Positions 1 to 11,356 of a DNA stretch of 45,983 bases are shown here, in pieces. The DNA is from Octopus bimaculoides (taxonomy: Eukaryota), in NCBI RefSeq assembly GCF_001194135.2, contig NC_068984.1, positions 96,751,837-96,797,819 on the forward strand. Direction: 5' to 3'. Position numbers and translations under genes: made by a program. Numbering within the stretch: position 1 is the stretch's first letter; each line of letters begins with the position of its first letter. Below the pieces are notes generated by a model. It was not told where the DNA came from, ran no database searches, and worked only from the letters and a program-made list of their open reading frames with translations.

Positions 1-100
1 GTGTGTATGTGTGTGTGTGTGTGTGTGCGCGTGCGTGTGTGTGTGTGTGTGTGTGTATTATGTATGTATATATACATATATGTGTGTGTGCGCGTGTTTA
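1..100. repeat. (GT)n/(AT)n mixed microsatellite
   Basis: Visible. Similar (GT/CA)n tracts lie at 810-1010, 1201-1240, 3798-3857, 8200-8277, 16455-16530, 27930-27968 and 30710-30835. Confidence 0.95.
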
Positions 101-810
101 TGTTTGTCATTATTCAATTTTATTTCAAGATTTCTTGCCAATAGAGAAAGAACTGGTTTCTAACCTAGATCCGAGGCTCCTTCATTGGAATTTCAACAGC
201 ATCAACAGGATATTTTTGTATGTATGTGTGTATGTATGTATATATGCATGTATGCATGTATGCATGTATGTATGTATGTATGTATATGTACAGATTTATA
301 TGTTTTATTTTATGTACGTTTTCTCATGCATATAGTCGCATGCCTTGACATGCTTATATATACTTAAACGATATGCTCATATATACGTAAATGATAAACT
401 TCTGACAAGTTTTACAGATTTTTACATTTTCATTGATGAATTGGGTCTGCAGTCTTCGAATCAGCTTTCTCCTTTCTGGTTTTGAGAAGCTTAATTTCTC
501 AAGATTGCTATTTAGGTAGTGTGTTACATATTCCAGTGCTCCAATAATTACAGATATAAACCTGAACTTGTAATCTGGATAGAGTAAGTGCAGATTTCTC
601 AATAGCTCAGCGTAGGTATTTTCTTTTTCACTTACTTTCAGCTTTACATGAACATTCGCTCGGCAGCTGATTTCTACATCTATACACAGTTTCTCGTCTC
701 TATCCCAAATCATTATGTCAGGCCTATTATTTTTATATTTTATTGGGGTTTTCACTGGGACATTCCACCAATACTCGCGTATTGTAGGACATGAACCCAG
801 TATTTGCATT
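100..810 (-). mobile_element. 5'-truncated R4/Dong-clade non-LTR retrotransposon, family A (restriction-like endonuclease end + 3' UTR with internal (TACA)n + ~105-bp terminal module)
   Basis: The minus ORF 354-938 contains EYWWNVPVKT..NRPDIMIWDRDEKLCIDVEISC..EKENTYAELL (PD-(D/E)xK RLE motif). The ORF end and UTR are shared with the copy at 17333-18545. Confidence 0.85.
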
Positions 811-1197
811 GATGCACGCGTGCGTGAGTGTGTGAGTGTGTTGTGTGTGTTTGTGTGCGTGTGTATATGTGTGTATGCGCGCGTGCGTGTCTGTTTGTAT
901 CTGCATGTTCGTACGCATGTATGTACGCTTGCATACATATATTAATTTAAACATGCGTGCAAATACGCACGCACATACATACACACAAACATACACAAAC
1001 ACGCATACATATGGAACAAAACACTTATATGTACATCTATATGGACAGACTACGAAAGCAAGTAGATGAAAAAGAAAGGGTGAGATATATAATCATAATT
1101 GTTTGGAGAGATATAAATGCATATATGCATTGTTTGGAGATTTATAAATGCAAACCTGCATAAAATCATGCCTACATAAATACAGCATGCGTGTATA

Positions 1198-1241
<44 letters not shown>

Positions 1242-1619
1242 ACTAGTATAGACATAGAAAACTGTTTCAAATGTGCATTTGGACGTTTTTCCTGAATAAT
1301 TATAGCGGTAACTCGACAAAGATCCATAAAAATATTCTTTACTAAAACAAGCAAAAATGCATCGTTTTCCAAACGGAATTGTAAAATATTCTGTTCACTA
1401 CAGAATGTCGCACGTGAGATTTTTATTTTCTGATTCTGACTGATATTGATAGTGACTCTCTCAAAAGCTAAAATAATGCTTGGTCGCTAGCTAAGTCAGC
1501 GCAGACATCATTCTCACCTCAGTTGGTATTTACATTTAAATTAAAATCCACACTGGTATTAAACAAAATGCCGGTAAAAATCATTCGGTATTGAGAGGTA
1601 AAATACATGATGATTGACT

Positions 1620-1990
1620 CAGGAAAAAAATAAAACATTGTTTCTTTTTTAATTTCTGAGATATATTCGCCAAAATTAGGTCAGTTTGACTTCGTGACAT
1701 GTTCTGCCGAACTCACTCGATGAATCCGCCTTTGGCCTCGATGACAGCTCCATGCGACCTCGGAACTGGCCACAGGCCTTCGTTACTACTTCCTATTTTA
1801 GACCCCTGGAGGTCCTGGTAAATCCTGTCCTTCACGTTCTTCGTATTGCAGCTGGATTTTTCGGCCTCTTGTTCCACTGCGCCCCACACAAACAAGTCGA
1901 ATTTCAGCCAAATTTCAGATGTTGTGTGATCAATGAAATTCTCCGACAGCCAGGCTTGGGCCTTCCAGTTGGTGTGGCAGGGCACAGAGT
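1620..1990 (-). mobile_element. Tc1/mariner (maT/DD37D-like) transposase C-terminal remnant
   Basis: PCHTNWKAQAWLSENF..FVWGAVEQE..AVIEAKGGFIE* matches the C-terminus of Tc1/mariner transposases. The SPDLNP motif is deleted. Confidence 0.75.
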
Positions 1991-1992
1991 CT

Positions 1993-2914
1993 TGCTGTCA
2001 AACGTACAAGCTCCCCGAAGCTACCTAGTCGACCTAAGGCTTCACCGCCTTAGAACACAAATGCAGCTGTCAGTATTCAGCCTGAGGCTCTCGGGGAAGA
2101 AGTGTGGTGGTATATATGTCACTTTCACTACAGACAATACTGAAGACCATGACTGTTGCTGGAAATTTCGTCTACATGACTCTGGATACGTCCTTGGGTG
2201 AGACAACAAGTCATCTGTTGTTCTAGAAGTTCAGCATTCGGACTGCTACGTGAATTACTGTGGAAGAAGAGAGGCATTAGACTGGCCACCAACTTGAAAG
2301 TGTATCTAGTAGTTGTACTGTCTACGCTACTGTGTTCCCGCGAGACCTGGATGGTTCACGAACGCTATGCCAAAAAGCTAAACTGCTTCCACATGAACTG
2401 CCTGAGAAAGCTGTTGAAAATCATCTGGCAAGACAAGGTCCCAGACATAGAGGTCCTATCTCGAGCTGATCTGCCTAGCATTTACACACTGCTGAGGTGT
2501 CAAAAGTCAGGTGAGTGAGGCACCTTGTTCGAATGCTTGACATGCGACTCCCCAGGAGACTGTTTTATAGTAAACTAGTAGAAGGCAACGTAGACAGAAA
2601 AAAGCCTCACTGAAGAGCTTTGAGATCAATTGCGATACCTAGCAAATGCAAGCACAAGTCCGCCCTGGCTGGCGAAGCTGCCCCATCAGAAATGCTACCT
2701 CCTACGAACAGAACAGAATTACAGAAACACAATGAAGACACAAACTCCGCAAGTCCAGGGCCAAATCTTTGCCTTCAGTTCCAGCGGACTACTAGTGTCC
2801 ACCCTACCGCAGAGCCTCCCGAGCACGCATCGAGTACTTGGTCACAACCAGACACACTGTGCTGTCTTCTTCTCTTATATAATGTTCTTGGTCATCGTCG
2901 ACTACGATTGACGA
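1993..2914 (+). mobile_element. RTE (BovB-like) LINE 3' fragment, degraded
   Basis: SSAFGLLRELLWKKRGIRLATNLKVY..ETWMVHERYAKKLNCFHMNCLRKLLKIIWQDKVPDIEVLSRA is the typical RTE post-RT region. The 3' end reads ggtcatcgtcgactacgattgacga. Confidence 0.85.
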
Positions 2915-2934
2915 GTTAATAACTAGTGATGTGT

Positions 2935-3082
2935 ATATACAACGGGTGTCCACGCAGTTTCTGTCTACCAAGTTCACTTGCAAGTCATAGGTCACCTCGG
3001 AGCTATAATCGAAGACACTTGCGCAAGGTGCCATGCAGTGAGGCTGGATCTAAAACCAAATGGTTGAAATGCGAGCTTCTTA
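2935..3082 (-). mobile_element. tRNA-derived SINE family 2, 5' head
   Basis: Reverse complement of the head (aagacacttgcgcaaggtgccatgcagtg...gcttctta). The same head occurs at 6352-6380 (+) and 8275-8342 (-). Confidence 0.7.
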
Positions 3083-3796
3083 TATATAATATATTTCGAT
3101 GTTTTAATGATTCTCAACATTAAAATAGGATTTGTCATTGTTTTTTTTTTTAGTTCTTTTTTTACTTATTTTAACTGTCTAATTTTAATGTAGATGGCGC
3201 CTAAGAAAGATTTCATTTTCTAGTATGGCTTTTCTTCACAAACTCCATCAAGAAAAGAGAGATTTTTATGTTTACTCTCAATTGAGATCTTTTGAATATC
3301 TCAGAACAATTTGTCTTGTTTTATTATTTTTTTCCGTGAAAATAAAACTGTTTTATTTATAAGGTATTGAAGTGAGCATTAATGCATATAATTATGTTAT
3401 GTGTATGTGTATATATATGAATGCATGCATTTATGTAGTTATATGTGTGCGTGTACATGCATGTATAGCAGTATNNNNNNNNNNTATATACGTAGAGAAT
3501 GTATGTATGTACGTATTTATGTTTCTGTGTGTATATGCATGTTCATATGGATGTGTACGTGTACGTGTGTATTCAAGTATGCATACATCTATGTATGTGT
3601 ATGTAATATTCATTTGCCTATGTATGTATGTATGTATGTATGTATATATGTATGTATGTATGTATATATGTATGTATGTGTATTATTTGGGATTTTTTTT
3701 AACCTTTGCAGAATTCAAGCTGGTCATTAATAAAATAACGAGGCTCTTTTGTCCAAGTCAAAACATGTCTTGGAGTTGTGTATGTGCGAATTATTT

Positions 3797-3859
<63 letters not shown>

Positions 3860-4140
3860 CTAAACTTGCACTTATGTTATAGGCATGTGTGTTACTTCAT
3901 AGTGTGTACTTCATTACTGTTTGCGTTTGCGTGCATGAGAGAGGATGTGGGAGGCTCATATCTTATACTCTGTCTCTATCTGACTGTGTCTCTCTGTCTT
4001 TTACATTTTTCTCATTCTAAAGTTTCCCTCTCTCTCCCTCTCCCTCTTTATACATATGTGTATATATGTACATATATGTATAAAAGCAGGATTCTATCTG
4101 TCCGTCTGGGACCTTTGTATCTCAATTTACATTTGCTCTA

Positions 4141-4414
4141 CATAGACATATAACTTTTTGGAATCATGATGACATCGGGATTGAAAATATACTCTTCAAT
4201 CTATTCTTGAACATCCAGCATTGGGATCTGATTTAAAAGCATTTGGGTTCATATTTCTAGCAGGTAAAGTTTGGCTGATTCACGTCATCTTGGTTGGTAT
4301 TTGTCAGATGAAGTCAGAGATCAAGGGGGAAATAAATGACATTCACTCCATTAATCAAGGTAAGAACTTTGAGACAAATTGACCAACAATTGGAATTCAA
4401 CTTGATACTGGAAC
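4141..4414. repeat. Unclassified dispersed repeat, copy 1 (inverted copy at 13108-13408)
   Basis: A ~270-bp stretch aligns by eye to the reverse complement of 13108-13408. Confidence 0.85.
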
Positions 4415-4960
4415 AATAGAATGATTGCATTACAGAATTATTTCTCATTCGTCCTTATCCTCCTGATCAAACAATACTGTAGGAGACTGCCAAGTTGACA
4501 CATGTTGAGTATAATTGTAAAATGGCCGCGGAGTTTCCTTGGAGACTCTCATACTGATGCTTCAGTCAATGCACTGTCTTAATGCTCATCATTTTCTAGC
4601 ATGCTTCCCTATAAGTTTCACACACGTGTCCATTTACCCTCCTCGAATCTTGGAATGATTTGGGACCACCTAAGGGTAGTTTCTTTTATAGAAAGTGCTT
4701 GTTGCAAGGCTTTTGTTTTGTAAAGATAACCCTGTGGCCATTCTCTAGATGGACACTCAGATGAATGAGGACTGGGTGCCTCTTATCAATGGAAAAATTG
4801 AAGATGCGCCAAAAAGTCTCATTGGTACTGATGTATCTCCTTCTATCATACTGTGCATCTTCGTCATGTTTATTTATCTGCTGACTGCCATTCTGCATAA
4901 GAATGTATGCTGCAGCATCTAAACTTTTGTTTATATATTTGAGAGAACATTGCAAACAAT
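4415..4960 (-). mobile_element. Helitron RepHel fragment (end of Rep domain and linker), degraded
   Basis: LKYINKS..DEDAQYDRRRYISTNETFWRIFNFSIDKRHPVLIHLSVHLENGHRVIFT, then GPKSFQDSRRVNGHVCETYREAC..ENDEH*DSALTEAS, are canonical Helitron motifs. Confidence 0.85.
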
Positions 4961-5705
4961 GAATGAAATAAACAGGAAATGAAAAAATCGTATAAATAAA
5001 AGCTCTTCTACCGAATATTTAAGTTTGTGAACTTAGTAAATATTTCATTCAATAATTTATCGAAGTTGTTTGCAAATATTGAATTAAAACTTGGAAAGAA
5101 AACATCAAAATAGAGAGTGAGAGGTTTTGCATATGCAAACGGAAAATTTCGCCGTTGGTACGTCAATACCAGAAGTTAACAGTGAGAAACCTCTTTAAAG
5201 AAGCGAATTATATGTATAAAGTAATATTATTTATTTTTAATAACTAAATAAACTGAAGAGCCTATTATGTATCCGAGGTCAAATTATTCATGCATCCCAN
5301 NNNNNNNNNNNNNNNNNNNNNNNNNNNNNNNNNNNNNNNNNNNNNNNNNNNNNNNNNNNNNNNNNNNNNNNNNNNNNNNNNNNNNNNNNNNNNNNNNNNN
5401 NNNNNNNNNNNNNNNNNNNNNNNNNNNNNNNNNNNNNNNNNNNNNNNNNNNNNNNNNNNNNNNNNNNNNNNNNNNNNNNNNNNNNNACACACACACACAC
5501 ACACAGGTCTATTTTATAGAAGATAATCTCTAGCTTCATATAACAACACACACACAGATACACATACATTCGTACACATGCACACGAACACAAACATATA
5601 CACACACAAACACAAATATATTCATTCACCCTATCAATAATTCCCTCACCTCACGAGGTTCAGTAACTGATCACAAAAGAATACAGGTATGGTCTTGTAA
5701 AAAAA

Positions 5706-5860
5706 AAAATGTCTTTCATGCGGCATTTGTTCTGTTTCTTTACATTTTGAGTTCAAACTTCACTGATGTCTATTTTGCTACTCGTCTCTTCGCGGTTGAT
5801 GAAATAACGCACCAGTCAAATATTGAGGTCGATGGTATCCACTGATCCCCTTACATCAAA
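5706..5860 (+). mobile_element. tRNA-derived SINE family 1, highly degenerate copy
   Basis: cggcatttgttctgtttctttacattttgagttcaaacttcactgatgtc aligns to the body of the 24201-24414 copy. Confidence 0.55.
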
Positions 5861-5917
5861 ACTTCGGTTTCTGTACTAAAATTGGAATTGCCGTTGTTAT
5901 TATTATCATTAGTGTTG

Positions 5918-6105
5918 AGGCAGCGAGCTGACAGAATCATTAGCGCACTGGACAAAATGCTTAACGGCATTTCATTCCGTCATGGCCCAATTTCCCTTTC
6001 ATTCTTTCAGGGTTGATAAGTACCAGTTGAGCAATGGGGTCGATGTAATCATCTTATCCTCTCCCAGAAAAACTTGCTGGTCTTGTGCCAAAACTTGAGG
6101 CAGTT
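5918..6105 (+). mobile_element. tRNA-derived SINE family 1 (tail type B), internally deleted
   Basis: Head ggcagcgagctgacagaatcattagc, core cattctttcagggttgataagtaccag, tail ttgctggtcttgtgccaaaacttga. Confidence 0.8.
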
Positions 6106-6138
6106 ATTATCATTATTACTGTCAATGTAGGGGTGCAA

Positions 6139-6322
6139 GCTGGACGAAATGCATAGCGGTATTTCGCCTGTCGCTACGTTCTGAGTTCAAATTCTGCCGA
6201 GGTCGACGTTACCTTCCATCCTTTCAGGGGTCGATAAATTAAATACCATTTGAGTACTGGGGTCGATGTGATCGACTATCCCCCTCCACCAAATTTCGGG
6301 CCTTGTGCCTATAGTAAAAACG
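6139..6322 (+). mobile_element. tRNA-derived SINE family 1 (tail type A), 5' clipped
   Basis: B-box gagttcaaattc, core catcctttcaggggtcgataaattaa, tail aaatttcgggccttgtgcctatagtaaaaa. Confidence 0.85.
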
Positions 6323-6426
6323 TCAAATGTTAAAACAATGTAGCTGTAATAGGCGCAGGCATAGCTGTGTGGTAAGAAGCGTACCATACATACATATAAA
6401 CATCCATATACAAGTATATGTACTTA

Positions 6427-8200
6427 CGAGGGAGTACCCAAAAGAAACCGGAATTTTGCAGTATTATTTTATTCACTTAGATTTTACATGTTTACACTTT
6501 TATCGCCTCCAAAGTATTCTCTATTTGAAGCAACGCATCTGTCCAGACGCGTTTTTCACTGTTCGAAGCAGTCCTGGAATTCTTGAGAAGTGATGCCTTT
6601 TAACACCTCTGTCGTTCTTTTTCTTTACCTCTTCCACATCTGCAACGACTGGCTCAGGAGTGCCGATTTTGTAGTGTTTACATATTCTCCAATGTAAATA
6701 CTGTCCTACCCTATCGTGGCGATTTTTGTATCCGTTCGGTGTCAGCACAGGCCATCCCGAAACGTGATGGTCTATTGTTTCGTCAAATGTGTTGCAGAAT
6801 CTGCACTTAAAGTCAGAACCGTTTAGAAGTATGTTAGCCTGGAAGTTTCTGATAAGCAAGCTTTGATTTTATGCCGCCAATATGAAACCTTCAGTCTCTG
6901 CTTTCAGTCTTAAGCTTTTCAATTACTGATAGGTTGTTGCTTGGTCTACATCAGCACTTCGACTTCAAAGAATATACTGTCCGTGTAGGGGCTTCTGGCT
7001 CCACCGGTTCTCAATTTGTTTCTATCCATTCTTTTTTGCAGTCTGCTTGATCCTTTTAACTTGTTTGGTGGCAGTGGTTGCAGGTTCTTCATCTAATTCA
7101 GGGTTAATGCCAAGTTCCCTTGCGAATTTGCAAGCTTCCTTGTAGTCTGGAAATGTAATATTCACCCTGGATTATCCCCCAAAAATGAGAGCTGTAAAAT
7201 AAGAAAATACACAAATACTACATATATATAAGTACACACACACACGATTTCCTTTAAGGACTTTTTTTATTCAGGGGAAAAAAGAATAAGATGTCGCAGA
7301 GAGCAAGAACGGGTGAATAGTGAGGGTGGGTAAGTGGGGGGTCATGCCATTTTTGGTCAAAAACTGTCTCACACACAAGGTGGTGTGTGCAGGCGCATTG
7401 TCGTGATAAAACCACCACAGGTCGAGGCGTTTTCGTCTACCCGCGTCTCGCGAACGCTTCACAACTGCCAAGTAAAGTGTCTGGTTAACAGTTTGACCAG
7501 GAGGAACAAATACTGTGTGGACAATTCTTTTCTCATCCATGAAACAAATCAGCATCGTCTTGACGTTGGACTTCATTTGATGTGTTTTTGTGGGGCGTTG
7601 TTATAGTAAATGCTCCCACTGATTTGATTGCAGCTTTGTTTCTGGGTTGTAGTCCTAGCACCAGCTCTTGTCACCAGTGATGAGGTTCGAAAAACAGTCC
7701 GTATCAAATTCCAACTGTTCTTTCAGTTTACGACACGAATTCAGTTGTGACTACTTTTGATCTTCTGTGAGCAAGCGAGGCACAAATTTTGCTGCAACTC
7801 TTTTTATTCGCAATTTCTCGCTCAAAATTCGTTGGCAGGAGCTTCAGGACACATCACTCATATCAACAAATTCGTCAATTGTTCGGTGACGGTCCTCCAA
7901 GTTCAGTTCTTGATTTTTTGTGATGTTTTCATTCGTGATGTTTTCAACGGTCGTCCTGAAGCGACAAGTGGGCATTCCTAAAGCGTGGAAACCACTCATA
8001 AACTTGCGTTTTACTCATGGCAGCATCCTCGTAAGCTGTTTGAAGCATGACAACTGTTTCAGCTGCCATTTTCCGCAGCAGAAACAGAATTCTACGGAAG
8101 TACGCTGTTCCTTCGATTCAGCCATCGCAAAAAGCGACAAACAGGAGAGAAACACTGCAAAACAAAGACGCACCACTTGGCAGTCGTAGACTGATGCCTG
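6427..8200 (-). mobile_element. Mariner (DD34D) element with degraded transposase (ATG 8125 to stop 6492), interrupted at 6649-7243
   Basis: The TIR ta|cgagggagtacccaaaagaaaccgg lies at 6425-6454. Motifs include MAESKEQR, VAAKFVPRLL, ITGDKSWC, HDNAPAH, KKVLKGNR|ADVEEVKK and RLDRCVASNREYFGGD. The 5' TIR is not seen. Confidence 0.9.
6649..7170 (-). mobile_element. Internal fragment of an R4-clade LINE (family C; post-RT and CCHC zinc knuckle) inside the mariner
   Basis: WSQKPLHGQY..KAETEGFILAA..KCRFCNTFDETIDHHVSG..YKNRHDRVGQYLHWRICK. Confidence 0.85.
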
Positions 8201-8570
8201 AGGATCACATACACACATACACACACACACGCACGCACACACGCGCGCGCGCACGCACACACACACACACACACACGGCAGTGTCGCGCAGTGGGACTGA
8301 ACCTGGAACTATGCAGTTGCCAAGCAAGCTTATTACCACACAAGTATCGTCATAAATAGTGGCGATACTACACTAATTGGCGACAAGTAACTGTGTTACA
8401 ATAATTGGCAACGAGGATTCGAAGCTCAAGCAGGTCAGTTAACAAATTTTTGTGATACAAAGTTGTTAATTATGGAAGACCTATGAACTTCTATAATACA
8501 GTTGCAAAAGCAACAAGAGCAATAGCAACAGAAGTTGCACCAACAACTACAACGGCAGCAACAGCAGAAA

Positions 8571-8669
8571 GAGTCGAACAACAGTACTCAGGAGTCGAAC
8601 AACAGTACTCAGGAGTCGAACAACAGTACTCAAGTGTCGAACAATAGTACCCAAGAGTCGAACAGCAGT
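8571..8669 (+). repeat. 21-bp tandem repeat (~4.7 units, gagtcgaacaacagtactcag) in the Gln-rich gag N-terminus
   Basis: Units start at 8571, 8592, 8613, 8634 and 8655, with no spacers. Confidence 0.9.
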
Positions 8670-10653
8670 TGCTGGAACTGATGTAAGAAGTCCGGAAACA
8701 CTATAAGTTCGTTTTCACCAGATGGCGTATCGAAATCTATAACAGAATTCAGTTATGACCCAGAGGAGGGTATAACGTTTGCAGCGTACTTTAGAAGGTA
8801 CGAAGAAATTTTCAGGGAAGATTGCAAGTCGTGGACGGACAACAAAAAAGAAAGACTATTATTGCGTAAATTAGTGCCGGCTAAACATGAAAGATATTGT
8901 AATTTTATATTACTGCAGAAAACTAGTGAAATTTGTTTTCAGGAACCAGTCGAATTCCTATAGAAAATGTTCAGTGATAAGAGTTCTCTATTTAACACTC
9001 CGTGGGAGTGTTGGAATCTAATTAAAAAAGAGGATGGAGACTTTGTCACGTATACTGTGACTGTAAACAGAATGTGCGAAAGGTTTAAACTGAATGAGCT
9101 GACTCTTGATATGTTTAAGTGTCTCGTGTTTGGAACAAGGGCTTACGCAAACAAAGATTCGTGCAAGAATTCGAACAAAACTTGAACAAGCGGAGCAAAG
9201 TTTAACTCTGCAGTCAGTTGCAGAGGAGTGTCAAAGAATGGTAAATTTACGTCAGGACGTAAAGAAAATTTATGAGAAGGAGTTCTCACAAGTACAAGCG
9301 TGCTGACCGTGAAGGTATAAACAAAAAAAATGTTAAGACCAAACCATACTACGGGTGTGGAGCCCTACATTTCAGGATGGATTGTCCTTTCAAAACGCAA
9401 AAATGTTACAGTTGCCAAAACGTAGGACACAAGAGCTCACATTGCAGAGCAAAGCTAGGAAGGTCGAACATAAAAAACTCTGAAGTTTTCACAACGGAAA
9501 GTAGAAGCGACACCAAAAAAGAGGAAATTTGTACATATAAAAGTAAACGAAGTGAATATTAAATTACAACTAGATACTGGTAGCGACATCTCGATTATTA
9601 ATACCGACACGTGGATAAGAATTGGGAAACCTACGTTAATAAAAACATCAAAACTTATACGAGGTGTGATAAGTGAAAAACTACACATCGTAGGTGAAAT
9701 GCGGAGTGATATCATATTTCGTGGAAAAACCTGTAGAGCAAAAGTTTTCGTGGTAAAAGATGCATCCAATCTGTTCAGTACGTACTTGTTGGAGTTGTTT
9801 AACTTATGAGACCTCCCCATAGTTTGTTCTGTAAAATAAATGGCTGTCCCACCACTGAAAATAATTCAGCAGCTGATTGAAGAAAAAATTTAAAAAGTTG
9901 TTTCCTGAAGTGCTGTTAGATAAAATATGTCTCTGTTCTAAGACTGAGGTCTGTTTTCAAATAAAGGAAAACGTCGTACCTGTATTCAAACTTAAGATCA
10001 AATGGGCAAGCAGAACGATTCGTAGATACTTTCAAGCGAGCGCTAAAAAAAGCAAGGAACGAGTTAGGAAATGACGAAGCGCTATCTAAATTTTTAAGGG
10101 TGTACAGAATAATGCCCAATCTGAATACCAGTTCAGGCAAGTCGCCTGCAGAGCTAATGTTCGCGCGAAAGATTAAATCGATCTTCGACAAATTGTTGTC
10201 AAAGGAAAAAATGTACAGAGAAAATACAAAAAAATCAACTAAATATCTTGATGTCGGAGACAAAGTCCATTTCAAAATAAACAACAACGGTAAAGAGAGT
10301 TGGCAGGATGGTTTAGTGACTAAAAGAATCGGAAACATGATGTATTTAATAACGACGGGAGCATAAACGACACCTAAATCAATTAAAAATCAGACATACA
10401 GAGGAAATTCCAATGGAAATGTTTCACGATATGTTCGATGTACCAGCACGAAAGAGATTAAGCTTAGAAGGAGCAGTAACAGAAAACGTAAACAGACTGA
10501 ACATTTAGAAATAATTCCTAAGCTGAAAAGGTAATGAACTCCCTAGGGAAGAAAAATTTCAAAAAGGAAGTGGTGTTGGAAAGAAAGAAAACAAAATGAC
10601 AAAGATAAAATAAATTTCGTTTCCTACGGAAGTCGAAATCTCAAAAGGGGTGA

Positions 10654-10838
10654 TGTTATGGTGAGACTCACGATACCCTCTGAGAGAATAGACTTGACCG
10701 AACGACTTATAAATAGTAGCGACCTGAGAGAGAGAGGGAGAGANNNNNNNNNNNNNNNNNNNNNNNNNNNNNNNNNNNNNNNNNNNNNNNNNNNNNNNNN
10801 NNNNNNNNNNNNNNNNNNNNGTAGCGACCTGAGAGAGA

Positions 10839-10869
<31 letters not shown>

Positions 10870-11072
10870 TAGGCGTTAATCGCGGTAAGTCGAAGTATGT
10901 CCGAATATCGTTTGTTGGTTCGTGTATAGTTTGTGGAGAGTTGTTGGATTGTTGCGGTGTCGTTACCCTTCTTCGTTGTATGTCTATTGTTAATACACGG
11001 TTATAGTGTAAACAAGTATCGTCATGAGTATTGACGATACTTCTATAATTGGCGACGAGTAACTGCGTTACA
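10654..11072 (+). repeat. 3' LTR of the Gypsy element (contains TATA-like ttataaata, (GA)n and an assembly gap)
   Basis: It follows the PPT and has TGT...ACA termini. The last 60 nt match 8341-8400 at 51/60 positions. Confidence 0.85.
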
Positions 11073-11139
11073 ATATATATGTGTGTGCGTATGCATATGT
11101 ATGTGTGTAAGTGTGCGTGTGTTTTTGTGCGTGCATCTT

Positions 11140-11356
11140 CGTGTCTGGTTTCCGCCCACCACAATCACTACCACCACTCTTGACAACCGGTGCTGGTGTG
11201 TTTACTTCCCCGTAACATAGCGGTTCGTCAAAAGAGAGCGATAGAATAAATAGTAGGCTTTAAAAAGTGTCCTGGGGTCGATTTATTCGACTAAAATTTT
11301 TCGATGCAGTACTCCAGCATGGCTGCAGTCAAATGACTGAACGATAAAAGATGATA
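11140..11356 (+). mobile_element. tRNA-derived SINE family 2, 3' half (a short tail fragment also at ~35857-35943)
   Basis: cttgacaaccggtgctggtgtgtttac..ctggggtcgatttattcgact..ccagcatggctgcagtcaaatgactgaa. Recognised from memory of an abundant octopus SINE; the tail is shared with 35857-35943. Confidence 0.75.

Larger units (their letters stand above)
8341..11072 (+). mobile_element. Gypsy (Mag-like) LTR retrotransposon, internally deleted (no RT/RNase H), pseudogenised
   Basis: 5' LTR remnant 8341-8400; PBS tggcaacgaggat 8406-8418; gag GITFAAYFRRYEEIF and two CCHC knuckles; protease LDTGSDISII; integrase tail SNGQAERFVDTFKRAL..GKSPAELMF; polypurine tract aaaagggg; 3' LTR TGT..ACA 10654-11072. 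Confidence 0.9.

Noticed and set aside
3-1372. Many ORFs such as MYVCMYVC.., CVCVCV.., HTHTHT.., YLSIYLSI.. and ERERER here and throughout the window
   Set aside because: They are translations of stop-free microsatellites, with no protein signal.
8571-8669. 21-bp repeats resembling a CRISPR array
   Set aside because: The units are contiguous with no unique spacers, lie inside a retrotransposon gag, and the context is eukaryotic with no cas genes.
10716-10848. 28-bp direct duplication gtagcgacctgagagagagagggagaga inside the LTR
   Set aside because: The copies sit on either side of an N gap, so this is most likely overlapping contig ends.
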